A stretch of 59,417 nt of DNA, the filler included, from Squatina squatina (Eukaryota): the NCBI GenBank assembly GCA_031763465.1. It is 3 parts of 3 records of this genome, joined end to end, with 100 filler letters (N's around TTAATTAATTAA, not from the genome) between each part and the next. Parts side by side here need not be neighbours in the genome. Positions count along the whole stretch, not along the records: positions 1 to 18,241 come from JARFOE010000219.1; 2 more parts are not named here. One strand, written 5' to 3'. Below are positions 1 through 12,267 of the stretch, in pieces. A program made the position numbers and the translations under genes. The notes beneath the pieces were generated by a model. The model saw only the letters and a list, made by a program, of their open reading frames with translations. It was not told where the DNA came from and did not search any database. The stretch's first letter is position 1. Each line of letters starts with the position of its first letter.

Positions 1-3000
1 GTGATATTTTTGTGGATGATGGTAAAAGCTCTCCTTACATCACATCATTCATTAGTTGTGTCTTGAGGAAAAGCTGCACCCCTTTAAAGTGTGCTAATTG
101 TTGGCTGACAGCCTGGAAACGTGCTGCTAGAGCGGGACTCCCAGTGACTCCAGAGAAGCCAATCCCCCTGTGGGCAGCTTGAGGACATGAACTACTGACA
201 GGATGAAATCACGCTGAATAATCGATTTAGCCCTATTTTCTCTGAGAAATATCATATATTCTTATGATTATTCCAGCGACCCCAGCAATTCCCAGCTTCT
301 AAAAGTCTGATTCTAATTTCCGGGAAAGGGGCATATGTTTATTAGATTTTTTTAAATTAATCTGTGATAATCAAACAGAAAAATCAATTATGTTCTGATT
401 ATAGCAAACGTATTTTACATTCTAGTCAGTTTTTATCCTCATTAGTTAACATTTCCTACCAAATTGACAGAGAAAGATGATTGAACTATTTCATTTAATT
501 TTACAGTACAGTATATTTACACAATTACTTTTATCTAAATTAGAAAGTCGGACTTTAGTAAAATNNNNNNNNNNNNNNNNNNNNNNNNNNNNNNNNNNNN
601 NNNNNNNNNNNNNNNNNNNNNNNNNNNNNNNNNNNNNNNNNNNNNNNNNNNNNNNNNNNNNNNNNNNNNNNNNNNNNNNNNNNNNNNNNNNNNNNNNNNN
701 NNNNNNNNNNNNNNNNNNNNNNNNNNNNNNNNNNNNNNNNNNNNNNNNNNNNNNNNNNNNNNNNNNNNNNNNNNNNNNNNNNNNNNNNNNNNNNNNNNNN
801 NNNNNNNNNNNNNNNNNNNNNNNNNNNNNNNNNNNNNNNNNNNNNNNNNNNNNNNNNNNNNNNNNNNNNNNNNNNNNNNNNNNNNNNNNNNNNNNNNNNN
901 NNNNNNNNNNNNNNNNNNNNNNNNNNNNNNNNNNNNNNNNNNNNNNNNNNNNNNNNNNNNNNNNNNNNNNNNNNNNNATTTGCCAGCTCTTGGTGAAATA
1001 TGTCCTTTTGGTTTGCTTATTGTTTATACAGCAGTCATTTAAGTAACTTGTCTTTAGATAGGAGTTCAATAGTGATTGTTCCGAATGGAGTTTGATAAAA
1101 GATTCACAAGGTGAATTGACGACATGTATTGTAACCCTCGCCATGTCTCACCGTAGAACCACAATAACCTACTTGTGGGAGGCAAGAAGGACAAAGTCCT
1201 GCCCCTTAAGTTGAACGTGCATTGAGTTAATGTAAAACCGAGCATTTTAAGAAAAACAAACCCATTCGTTCCGCTACCACCCAATACTTCCGCTTCACAC
1301 GAGAAATAATGCCAGGTTTAATGGGTCTGGGGCGAGCAGGATTGCCTCCGCCTCCCGCGTGCTGCACGTTAAAAGACCAGCGAAGCTCTCTTTGGGTTTT
1401 TTTTTGTAAAAGCACGCTGAAGCCTTGGGACTGGCCCCGAGCACATCGTGGCACAACGCTGGAGCCTTGGGAGGAAGAGTCTTGCTCCATTGCTGCTGGG
1501 ATTCCAGGTTTTGTAACAAGAGTCTGCAGTGGGGAAGTGTTCTACATCCAGTTGCCAAGATTGCTGTCCCAAATCTGCTCCTTGCACAGGGACAGCGGCT
1601 CACTCCTACACCCAGTCTCCATTTACAATTGGTTTACTGAATAATTGCTGAATCATAAACGTATGAATAATCCCACACTGGTTACTGTCTGTGGCGGCTC
1701 GGATTGGCATTCAGTTTGAATTAAGTTTGAGTTAATGTACCCTAAAAAGTGAAATTTGTACGCGCCGTTTTCTGAATGCTGTAAAGTTGTATTTTAACAG
1801 CAATAAAAGTATGTATCTCTCTCATTGTAAACAGTAGTGGCTTCTTGACTCATAGCTCGCTCGCCGGGCCGGGCTGAGCGCCTGCTCACACTTGCTGGGC
1901 TAGGCTCACACCTCACCGGACCCGGCTCCCNNNNNNNNNNNNNNNNNNNNNNNNNNNNNNNNNNNNNNNNNNNNNNNNNNNNNNNNNNNNNNNNNNNNNN
2001 NNNNNNNNNNNNNNNNNNNNNNNNNNNNNNNNNNNNNNNNNNNNNNNNNNNNNNNNNNNNNNNNNNNNNNNNNNNNNNNNNNNNNNNNNNNNNNNNNNNN
2101 NNNNNNNNNNNNNNNNNNNNNNNNNNNNNNNNNNNNNNNNNNNNNNNNNNNNNNNNNNNNNNNNNNNNNNNNNNNNNNNNNNNNNNNNNNNNNNNNNNNN
2201 NNNNNNNNNNNNGTGTTAGAATTTCACTTTTCAAGAAGCGCACAGGCCATATAAACGATAATTAGAATTCGTTGTAAAGATGATTTATCGTGTCTATCAT
2301 CGTGGTTGAAAAGCCTGGGTCACCGATGAATGCTGATGAAATTCCAAAGATCTGCTCCCTAAAGACTCCCCGCATCTGCTGTCCTCTAGGTTGGAAGGAA
2401 ATAGCCCAGGGCGCGCATCTTATTAAAGCGAGATAAAAATTTAGACATTTTGTCAAGCAAAACATTTCTTTGTGTAGCAAGAATATGTCATCCAAATATA
2501 GTTAAACTGGAGAAAAAAGAGTTAATCCAGTGTCTCTGATGGACACCTCTCTGCATTTAGTTCATCAAAATGGATTGTTTGATATGATTAATTATTTACA
2601 GCATGTAAGCAGACCTAGCAACAGGAAATGTGGAAATATTAAAAGCGCATTTGAATATGTTTGATGAGCTATTCAACAGCCCCGCAGGCCCGAAAGTTCC
2701 TCAAAATAAACCTAATTCCTGATACCACTGTAGTTCTACTCGATAATGTTTCTGAGTTTGCTCATACAGGGACGTGATATGACAGCCACAGGTCATGTCT
2801 CGCCAATTATTTTGCTTCCAATATTCAATCGTCGTAAAACAAACCACTGGCGAAGGTCACAGAACAGTAGAAGACCGGCATCTCCTAATGGAAAACAGTT
2901 ACACGCGGTACTTGTTTGAATTGTTTGAAGCCAGTTGGCATGTTGCTGCTTGTACCGAGCTTTTCAATTTCCATTTCCCATTTGCAAGTCATACAGAGAA

Positions 3001-3711
3001 TGACGAGGAACAGTTTGTAATCCACGATCCTCCATTTAATTTCCTGTCTGCCTAATCAGGTTACTTTCACCCAAAGCTGCTGTGGTAATTTGGTTGGCTG
3101 GATGCAATGTTTCAGTGGGTGTGGTGGTGATGGGGTGCAGGGATAACTCACTGAAAGCAAATATCTTAACTTTCACCACTTATTTTTTTTAAAAAACAGG
3201 CAGAGGATCATGCATTTTATTGCGTTGTTCATGTGGGTTTGAGTTTTAATAAAAGTTAAACGGTCTCTGACCAAATTGATTTTGTGCAGTTATCCATATC
3301 ACAAGGAACACGTTTTAATTTCGTCCCAGTTTAACTGTCTGAATGATTTTGCTGTTCCAGGCCCCAGTAAAATCGTTATTAAATGGATTCAGGAGTATGG
3401 CACTGTGAGAAGAAAATGGAAAATGCTCGACTCTGGAATTGTAAATTGGAAGAACTCTGAAGTCACAATGTGAGGTTGATCTTGCTTTAAGATTGGCGGT
3501 ATTGCCATGCGCACAGAGCTTTTATTGTTAAACATGAAGTCAGCTTTTCCTCTCATCATTACAGGAATGGGGCATGTTGCTATTTTCCTAATCACATTAT
3601 CCGTCTGAGCCAAGTCCACTTTAAAACCAAAAACTCTTTTGTTCGCCACGCTCTCTCTTAATGCAACAGACGTCTATTTACTTGGCGGGTCTCCTGAGCT
3701 CAAAGATATTC

Positions 3712-5667
3712 TGTGTGTGTGTGTGTGTGTGTGTCTGTACGTTTCTGTGTGTGTGTCTGTATGCTTCTGTGTGTCAGTGTGTGTGTCATTATGTTTCTGT
3801 GTCTGTGTGTCTGTATGTTTCTTTGTGTGTGTGTGTGCATCTGTATGTTTCTGTGTGTGTGTGTGGGTGTGTGTTTCTGTGCATGTGTGTGTCTGTATGT
3901 TTCTGTGTGTGTATGTTTGTGTGTCTGTATGTATCTGTGTGTGGGCATCTGTATGTTTATATGTCTTTGTGTGTGTGGGCGTGTCTGTCTCTATGTTTCT
4001 CTCTGTGTGTGTGTCTGTATCTTTCTGTGTGTGTATGTCTGTGTGTCTGTGTGTTTCTGTGTGTGTATATGTGTGTGTGTGGGTCTGTGTGATTCTGTGT
4101 GTTTCTTTATGTTTCTGTGTGTGTATATGTTTCTGTGTGTGTCTGGATGTTTTGTGCGTGTGTGTGTATGTACCTGTGTGTTCGTCTGTAAGTTTCCGTG
4201 TGGCTGTGTGTGTGCATCTGTATGTTTCTGTGTGTGTGTGTCTGTATGTTTCTGTGTGTGTGTCTGTATGTTTCTGTGTGTCTGTGTGTGTGTCATTATG
4301 TTTCTGTGTGTGTGTGTCTGTATGTTTCTTTGTGTGTGTGCGTGCATCTGTATGTTTCTGTGTGTGTGTGGGTGTGTGTTTCTGTGCATGTGTGTGTCTG
4401 TATGTTTCTGTGTATGTATGTGTGTGCGTCTGTATGTATCNNNNNNNNNNNNNNNNNNNNNNNNNNNNNNNNNNNNNNNNNNNNNNNNNNNNNNNNNNNN
4501 NNNNNNNNNNNNNNNNNNNNNNNNNNNNNNNNNNNNNNNNNNNNNNNNNNNNNNNNNNNNNNNNNNNNNNNNNNNNNNNNNNNNNNNNNNNNNTTCTGTG
4601 TGTGTGTGTGTATGTTACCGTGTGTGTGTGCCTGTATGTTTCTGTGTGTCTGTGTGTGTGCATCTGTATGTTTCTGTGTGTGTGTGTGTGTCTCAATGCA
4701 TCTGTGTGTCTGTGTGTGTGTCATTATGTTTCTGTGTGTGTGTTTCTGTATGTTTCTGTGTGTCTGTGTCTGTCTGTGTGTGCATCTGTATGTTTCTGTG
4801 TATGTGTGTGTGTTTCTGTACATTTGTGTGTGTCTGAATGTTTCTGTGTGTCTGTGTGTGTGCATCTGTAAGTTTCTGTGTGGCTGTGTGTGTGCATCTG
4901 TATGTTTCTGTGTCTGTGTGTGTGCCTGTATGTTTCTGTGTGTGTGTCTGTATGTTTCTGTGTGTCTGTGTGTGTGTCATTATGTTTCTGTATGTGTGTG
5001 TCATTATGTTTCTGTGTGTGTGTGTGTATGCATCTGCATGTTTCTGTGTATGTGTGTGTTTCTGTGCATGTGCGTGTCTGTATGTGTCTGTGTCTGTCTG
5101 TGTGTGCATCAGTATGTGTTATGTATGTGTGTGTGTCTGAATGTTTCTGTGTGACTGTGTGTGTGTGTGTGCATCAGTATGTTTCTATGTATGTGTGTGT
5201 GTCTGAATGTTTCTGTGTGTGTGTCTGTATGTTTCTGTGTATCTGTGTGTGTTTCTATATGTTTCTGTGTGTGCGTCTGTGTGTTTCTGTNNNNNNNNNN
5301 NNNNNNNNNNNNNNNNNNNNNNNNNNNNNNNNNNNNNNNNNNNNNNNNNNNNNNNNNNNNNNNNNNNNNNNNNNNNNNNNNNNNNNNNNNNNNNNNNNNN
5401 NNNNNNNNNNNNNNNNNNNNNNNNNNNNNNNNNNNNNNNNNNNNNNNNTGGTTGTGTATGTATCTGTGTGTTCGTCTGTATGTTTCTGTGTGTGTGTGTG
5501 TGTGTGTGTCTGTACGTTTCTGTGTGTGTATGTGTGTGTGTGTGTGTATGATTCTGTGTGTGTGTCTGTATGTTTCTGTGTGTGTGTGTCTGTAAGTTTC
5601 TGTGTGGCTGTGTGTGTGCATCTGTATGTCTCTGTATGTGTGTGGGTGCATCTGCATGTTTCTGTGT
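3712..5667. repeat. TG-rich compound micro/minisatellite (core unit like (GT)nCTGTATGTTTCT), interrupted by two N gaps
   Basis: Direct reading: continuous (TG)n with recurring CTGTATGTTTCT, GCATCTG and TCATTATG motifs. It explains all the C/V-rich and T/H-rich ORFs here. Confidence 0.97.
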
Positions 5668-6930
5668 ANNNNNNNNNNNNNNNNNNNNNNNNNNNNNNNN
5701 NNNNNNNNNNNNNNNNNNNNNNNNNNNNNNNNNNNNNNNNNNNNNNNNNNNNNNNNNNNNNNNNNNNNAGACCCCTCGCCCCTCAGTGCCACTCCCTAAT
5801 CTGCTAATGGAAAGGGTCCCCACCTCTGCAGACTGTAGCTGGAACTATCACGAGAAAAGGGCAGACAGGAATTCCTTCCAGTAGCCACAGGGGGAGATGG
5901 GTTTGGTTCATGGCAATAGCGAGGGAAGACAGGAGGGAGAATGGTTGGCCATGAAATGGGATGGTGGGGTGTTGTGTGGAGAGGTGAAGCTGGAGTGATG
6001 CTTTTGGGGAGGAAGGACAGTGCCAGAATTAATTGAGGTGGAGTGGGGAGCAAGAGTGCCAGCAATAACTAAGGAAGTTGGGATGGAAGAGTGATAGGGG
6101 TTGAAGGGGTAGAGGTGTCAGGTTGGATTGAGGGAGAAGAGTAGCAGTATGCAATGGGAGGCTTGGAGAAGGACAACATGCCTTTGTGAAAAGATGGGGC
6201 TTTGGATGGGGTACAGTGTCTTTGTGAACTTGGTGAAGGGGTTGCAAATATTTGTGGGAAGTTGGTTGGTTAAAAATCCAAATGTCACTTTGTTTTTCCT
6301 TTTTGTAGATTAAAAATACATCAATTGTGAAGTATACAAGTTCTTAAAATGAAATAGAATGCATCATTTTTAATTTGAAATTGTAATTTTTTTAGAGGGT
6401 GGTAACATGCGCCAGCCTGCCCTAGAAATACATCCCCAATTCAGAGCCTTCAACATTTGGATTTCCTCCTTCAGAGTTTTATGTACTTAATGTTGTTTTT
6501 CCAATACAAGTGAAGGAATGCTGAGAATATCTACAGCCATGAATCTACTTGATTCACTGGCTAGGGTTTTATAACTAGGGCACCTGCAAATTTTCAGGTT
6601 TTGCTAGTTTTCTAAATTGGCTTCTATGCTTCTTGGGATCGCTGATTTTGAAATTGGGAGGGGTGAAAGGCCTGTTCCTCCACGCATATGTTCACTGAGT
6701 CATGTTGTTGTTCAGTTGGTTGTGCTACATTCAAGATTCAGTGCTGTAGGCTCTGGTTATGTTGGGTTCAGTTCATTTTTCTGCAAGCAGTCTTCTCTCT
6801 GGCCTTTAGGTCTTGATGCATTTTACATAGAATTACATTGAAATTACAATATGGAAACAGACTGTTTTATGTTGGTGTTCATACAATTGCTACTGAAGAA
6901 TGTAATACATTTGACTAGAAAATGCTGTAA

Positions 6931-7170
6931 CACAACAACAACTTGCATTGAGATAGCACCTTAAACGTAGTGAAACATCCCAAGGTGCTTCACAGGAGCG
7001 TTAGCAAACAGAATGCAACACTGAGCCACATGAAATATTAGGACAGGTGACCAAAAGCTTGGTCAAATAGGTAGGTTTTAAGAAACGTCTTAAAGGAGGA
7101 GGGAGAGGCGGAGGGGTTTAGGGAGGGAATTCCAGAGCTTGGCCCTAGGCAGCTGAAGGTACAGACACCA
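6931..7170 (-). mobile_element. L2-type LINE 3' end fragment
   Basis: Begins ACAACAACAACTTGCATTGAGATAGCACCTTAAACGTAGTGAAACATCCCAAGGTGCTTCACAG, the reverse of an L2-like tail. A near-identical copy lies at 19721-20060. Confidence 0.7.
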
Positions 7171-7692
7171 AATGAATTGTCAAAAATTTTAATTTTCTGT
7201 GAAGCATTCTGCAAAGCATCCCTCTACATATACAATATACACACTTTGAAAATTGCCACTACATGGCTGACTTGAAGTAAATTCAGTTCCTGCAACACGC
7301 ACCCTTCTACCTCTCAATTATAGTTAGATATTTGCTCTGAGAATACTAGTTTTCTATTTGAATGAGGAATATAATGCCTTATAAGGAGCTCAGGACGTCT
7401 CAAAGTGTTTTAAAACCATGGATTACTTTAGAAGTTCAGTCACTGTTTATTATTTCTTATCATATATGGTCAAACTGTTCAGACTAGCTAGTGACCAGCT
7501 GGAAAACTAGTGGCAGGCTAAAGAATCAATGAACTCATTAGTCAGCAGTTCTTTGCTTTTCTTGATTGAATGACCCAGACTCGTCAGCTGGANNNNNNNN
7601 NNNNNNNNNNNNNNNNNNNNNNNNNNNNNNNNNNNNNNNNNNNNNNNNNNNNNNNNNNNNNNNNNNNNNNNNNNNNNNNNNNNNNNNNNNNN

Positions 7693-7822
7693 TGAGGAAC
7701 TTAGTGTTAGGGACAAAACACAGGGATGTGGGACTGAGCGGGACTGCACTTTCAGAGGCCAGCACTTGCACAACGGGCCAAATGGCCTCCTCCTGTTCTG
7801 TAAATTTCTATGATTCGATGAT
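7693..7822 (+). mobile_element. CR1-type LINE 3' tail remnant
   Basis: GGGCCAAATGGCCTCCTCCTGTTCTGTAAATTTCTATGATTCGATGATT matches the CR1 3' hairpin plus 8-bp terminal repeat pattern. Confidence 0.6.
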
Positions 7823-7971
7823 TTGTAAAATACTTTTTTCACCAAGACTGTGTTCCTCTTAAGTGCAGCAGCTGGTCTGCAGAGGAGGTGGAAGCAGCAG
7901 ACACAATGGTTTGAAGATACTGGGCTACCACCAGCACACTTTTTTTTAAAATAAAATCTAACCAGGCTTAC

Positions 7972-8251
7972 AGTATGCAAATCCAGATTCCAGCTCAATG
8001 GCCACAAGGTCTGAAGGTTCCATCCGAGTCCATTTTCTACTGTTTGGCGGTCAGTGTCCTCCGGATCAAGTGGTCCTAAACATTTCACAATGTCGATAGA
8101 GAACTGTTGAACTGTTTAGAACCACTGCACCAGGAGGACTTGTGGCCAACAGGGGCGACATCACCGGGGTCCCTTTAAATATCCTCTCGGCTCTCTTCAA
8201 GCATGTGAGCGAGTCGCTGCTTCAAACTCCCGAGTGGTACTGAGCAAACAA
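7972..8251 (-). ncRNA. Putative exon 2 of the mir-203 host transcript
   Basis: Strong acceptor (CTTAAC branch-like motif, T-rich/(CT)n tract, TAG ending at 8252) and a GTAAG donor at 7971-7967. The exon contains the hairpin and I see no recognisable protein. Confidence 0.55.
8056..8139 (-). ncRNA. MIR203: pre-miR-203 hairpin (5p arm 8126-8102; mature 3p arm 8088-8067)
   Basis: The minus strand reads AGTGGTTCTAAACAGTTCAACAGTT-loop-GTGAAATGTTTAGGACCACTTG. The 3p arm equals the fish-type miR-203a-3p as I recall it. The arms are complementary, with a basal stem TCCTCC/GGAGGA. It lies downstream of ASPG as in human. Confidence 0.96.
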
Positions 8252-8423
8252 CTAGCGAGAGAGAGAGAGAGAGAGAAGCAGAAAATAACCAACAAAAAAG
8301 GTTAAGAGAAACACGGAGTTACCTCAAACACTTCTAGCAACCTCCACGAAATCTACTTTAGCATAAAACCCCATTCCAGTCGAGCACGGGCTCTCCCATT
8401 CCCCCACCCCGGATCCCACTTAC

Positions 8424-8651
8424 TTGTTCTTTCTCGACCACACGCAAACATTCGGGGCTGCAAATATTTGTAAAAGTTCCCGAAAACAATCTGTACAAGC
8501 TTATTTCAACTTGAACAGCCACTAACCCCATCAGAGTGCGGCATTCACCGAAGGCTCCTTCTCGTCAGTCAGTCAGTCACCAACTCACTCACTCACGATC
8601 AGGGCTGTGCAAACGTTTCTTGCCTGGGCTGATCTTGCTTTCCTTCTGCAC
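8424..8651 (-). ncRNA. Putative first exon of the mir-203 host transcript
   Basis: Starts about 30 nt downstream of a TATA box and ends at a consensus GTAAGT donor (8423-8418). The TSS position is inferred. Confidence 0.5.
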
Positions 8652-8673
8652 TGTCTGCTTTCCCTAGCGCCCC

Positions 8674-8717
8674 TTTTTATAGCTGTTCCAGGGAGCCGCA
8701 TACCTCCCTGTGGAATG
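8674..8717 (-). promoter_or_regulatory. TATA box (TATAAAAA, 8681-8674) with an upstream TEAD-like GGAATG motif (8712-8717)
   Basis: The minus strand reads GCTATAAAAAGGGGCGC, about 550 nt upstream of the mir-203 hairpin in the same orientation. Confidence 0.6.
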
Positions 8718-11528
8718 AAGTCCTTCCCTGACATGACCAGTTCTTCCAGGTTGCATCACTTATTGCNNNNNNNNNNNNNNNNNNNNNNNNNNNNNNNNNN
8801 NNNNNNNNNNNNNNNNNNNNNNNNNNNNNNNNNNNNNNNNNNNNNNNNNNNNNNNNNNNNNNNNNNCCTCAACTCTATATTTGCTTACACCTTTGATGTA
8901 GGCCAAAATTAGAGTGTACTGGTCCTTTATAATGGAATTTAACTGCAGTTCCTCCCCCCAAAAGCGCACACTGTTACAACAGATAAGTAGGACACAGAAT
9001 GTAGTAATTTTTGTGATCTGACTAGTTAGTCCCCCCTGCTGGTTTGGGCACTTTTAAGCCATTCCTCAACTGGGTTGGGCCATACTTGGATTTGGAAAGC
9101 ATCATGCTCATCAGGTTTGTCCTGACCTGCAACTCATACCACAAATCCTGAAACTAATACCAATACTAAAACATGCTCCTCCTGTCTTTGGAATGGTAGC
9201 TCCTGAATGACATGAAAGCTGTTGCTGCTTAACTAAATAGAAACTGGATGATATCCATCAGGCACCATCCATAACTGTTAATGCATCAAATTACAGTCAA
9301 TAAGTAAATTAACATTCATATTTTTTTTAAACCAAAACAACAAGAACGTATCCTCAGCCTAGATAAATCTGTTTAGCTTGGTGTTACATCGATGGTGGTC
9401 AAATCCCAATTGTGTTTCTCATGCAACTCACTTTCACAAAGGTGGACCCCTTTTGGATAGAATCACTTACAGGCAAAATGGTTAGTTGCCTATTCTTAAA
9501 CTAATGCTGAGTTTAATGTTCTGAGAGAATTTAGTGTACCAGCATCAAGAACTCTTCTGCGAGCACAGGTTTATCTGCAGGCTTAAGGGAAAGTTACCCA
9601 GTACCTGACTAGTACTAATTATGAGACGTTTTATGCTGTGAATTCAAAGGTTTCGACAGAGCAACAAAACTTGTTTTCTCGGAGGTCATTTGTGACAACA
9701 AACATACATTCTTTAGTGGATTGATTTCTAGGCCCTGAAGATGAGAACTGTACAGAAATCCACTGAAGCTCCAAAATTTGAAGGCTAATATTTAGCATGG
9801 CTAAATGGGTTTAGCATGGCTAAATGGGTTTAGCAAATTAATTTTCACAGACGTAAATCATAAATTATGATTTTGTATCTCGTGGCCCAAGAAATTTTGA
9901 GACCTGCCAACGAGTAGTATGCATCAATTTAATATTCGCATTATTGAACTGAATTATAAATAATAATACAGGGAGAGAAGCAACTTCGTAAAGATATCTT
10001 TCAGATCGCACTAAAAAGGAGAGTGTGAAAGATAATGAAGGACAATAATGAAGAGGGGAAAAGTAACATTTCAACAGGAGAGAATAAAGCAATGAAGAGA
10101 AACAGAAGGCAAAGGACATTTAAAAAATATATTAATTGGCTTGGTGTATGTCTTTGAGAATTATTTTGATGCCTGTCCAACACCACTTGGATGTGTACTA
10201 TTCTTTATATTTTTCCTTTCTGTAAAGTTATATTCCTGGCACCTTAAGACCCTTCCAAATGCCACTCGGTTACTAAAAGTTACGTGCGGTCGGCAGAGTG
10301 AAGCTCATCTACCTGTTTCCTCCCAAAGATGTGGCCACAATTTAGGACCTCTTCCATGGGGAATAAGGTGTATGAACCTATAACCTGCAAATACGCAGTA
10401 TAAGGTGCACTAGTATAATTCAGTGTCTCTCTGGATCAGTTATAGAATCATACCGTATACACTGTAAAGCAAAAATCAACACATTTATTAGCTTAAAACA
10501 TGAATTAAAAAGAAACTAACCAAAATGTATGATTCAGAATTTTGATTCAGTGTGGGATTGTTGAGGTTACAGTGAACAGCCACTGAATTCATGCAACTCT
10601 TACCAGCCTGTTTTGCTTGTGTCCTAACGTAAGGAATGCAACCACCTCTTCATTCCCAGCAGCCAAAGCCTGGAGGCAAAGGCAGAAACATTCATACAAC
10701 TTGGCTTCACCCAGCTGAAAAATGTGATTCATATCATGAAAGTGTCAACAGCTATTTTTAAACACCAGCTTAATGGGCAATTCAGCTAAGAATGAGTGCC
10801 ATGTGTGCCTCATTTGGGAGGAATGTCAGCTGTAGGATTTTTAATGTGGCTTTCCCGAGTCCCTTTCCAAATACAATTCAAAAGTTTTGCTTACAATTTC
10901 CACAGCAGTTTGTCCATCGTAGCTGCATCGGTCCAAGTCCACCCCTGCCAACTGCCAAACCTCCAGTCCTTCCACGTCACCATTTGCTGCTAGGCTGTGT
11001 ACAACAAACACCTTTTATGCTTTTTCTCATAGATACAGTGACAGGAGCACCAAATACAAAAAAAAGAGGTTGGGTTCATTTTTTTTTATAAAAAGAAACA
11101 ACGGGCCTGAAATTATGATGTCCCCGGGTGGGAACGCTAGTCCCACGCACCGGGNNNNNNNNNNNNNNNNNNNNNNNNNNNNNNNNNNNNNNNNNNNNNN
11201 NNNNNNNNNNNNNNNNNNNNNNNNNNNNNNNNNNNNNNNNNNNNNNNNNNNNNNTTTTCATTCAATTTCTCTACTACCTCCTCCTTTACTTGGACATTGT
11301 CACCTGCCGAGGTTGAGTAATGTAGATTGTACTGTGAGATTGCAATGTTGGATTGTAATGCTAGACTGTAACATTAGATCATGACATTGGATTGAGATTG
11401 TGGAGTTTTAATGAATTATGATTGGACTGTAAGGGAGATAGATTAGAGTTTGTTCTCTCTGATAGTTTTAAACCACATCTTTTAGAAATGTAATTACTTG
11501 AGGGAAAGTTTATGAAAGTAAAGTCTAT

Positions 11529-12267
11529 GGGGGAGAAATTGGCCTCCTCTGCATCTCCCGTTAGTGCCTCCGGTGGTGGGGTGGAGGCAGTAGTGGGGCA
11601 CTAAACGCTTTGCGAACAGGCACGATGAAAGTACCGCTGCCCGTGAACTTCCCTTGCAGGTTAGCGCTGCCGGTAAACCTTAACGCCACAATCTCCTGCG
11701 CCCCGGAGATCGTGATGTCATCCGGTGCGCAGCGCCATGTTACCTCCCCAGATCGTAAATTCGCTTCCGCCCCCTGCAGCATCGCCGGGCATCAACAATG
11801 GCAGCTGCAAAAGGTGTTGTGAGATCGGCCAGCCAGCCACTTGGGGAGCAGAAATTAAAGGGATTGGTGGTCAGGTAGGCCAAAAAATGTTTTCACCCCT
11901 CCCTGTTCGTTTTTGAATTTTTCCAGTGCCGCAATTGATCAGCCCTGCAGTCTGTAAGAGTACTTGGGGCTGATCATCGCGGATCGCAGGTGCCATTGCC
12001 GACCAGTATAATCGTTACCAGCAGCGCCCTCAGCAATGGCCCTTCCCTTTAAGGGAGTGAACGAACCTGTGATTCCAGCCGCGCTGCACTAGACATTGTG
12101 CAGCACTCTGCCACTACCGCCCCTCTTGCCTCGTTTAGCGCTCTAAGGGAAGTGGTAGCGCTCCACTTCCCTTCTGGCGTGCTAAGCCGGAAGTTCACGT
12201 CCGCCGAGACTTTTGCGCTCCCACAAAAGCTATCGCCCCAAACGGGAGCTACGCAATATCTAGCCCC
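11529..12267. mobile_element. GC-rich non-autonomous DNA transposon (MITE-like) with imperfect TIRs
   Basis: Abrupt GC/CpG-rich island. Left end GGGGGAGAAATTG, right end CAATATCTAGCCCC, with a subterminal CTCCCGTT / AACGGGAG pair. Flanked by TAAAGTCTAT / TAGAGTCTAT. Confidence 0.7.

Noticed and set aside
477-2243. ORFs full of X residues (here and throughout the window)
   Set aside because: They are artefacts of reading through N runs, and the two sides are not known to be adjacent.
3639-5884. Long Cys/Val-rich and Thr/His-rich ORFs (up to 410 aa)
   Set aside because: These are translations of a TG microsatellite that has few stop codons, and they run through N gaps.
7972-8023. Short coding-exon candidate MEPSDLVAIELESGFAY before a GTAAG donor
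   Set aside because: The start context is weak, several upstream ATGs are closed by stops, and I recognise no homologue. The exon is better explained as the miR-203 host.
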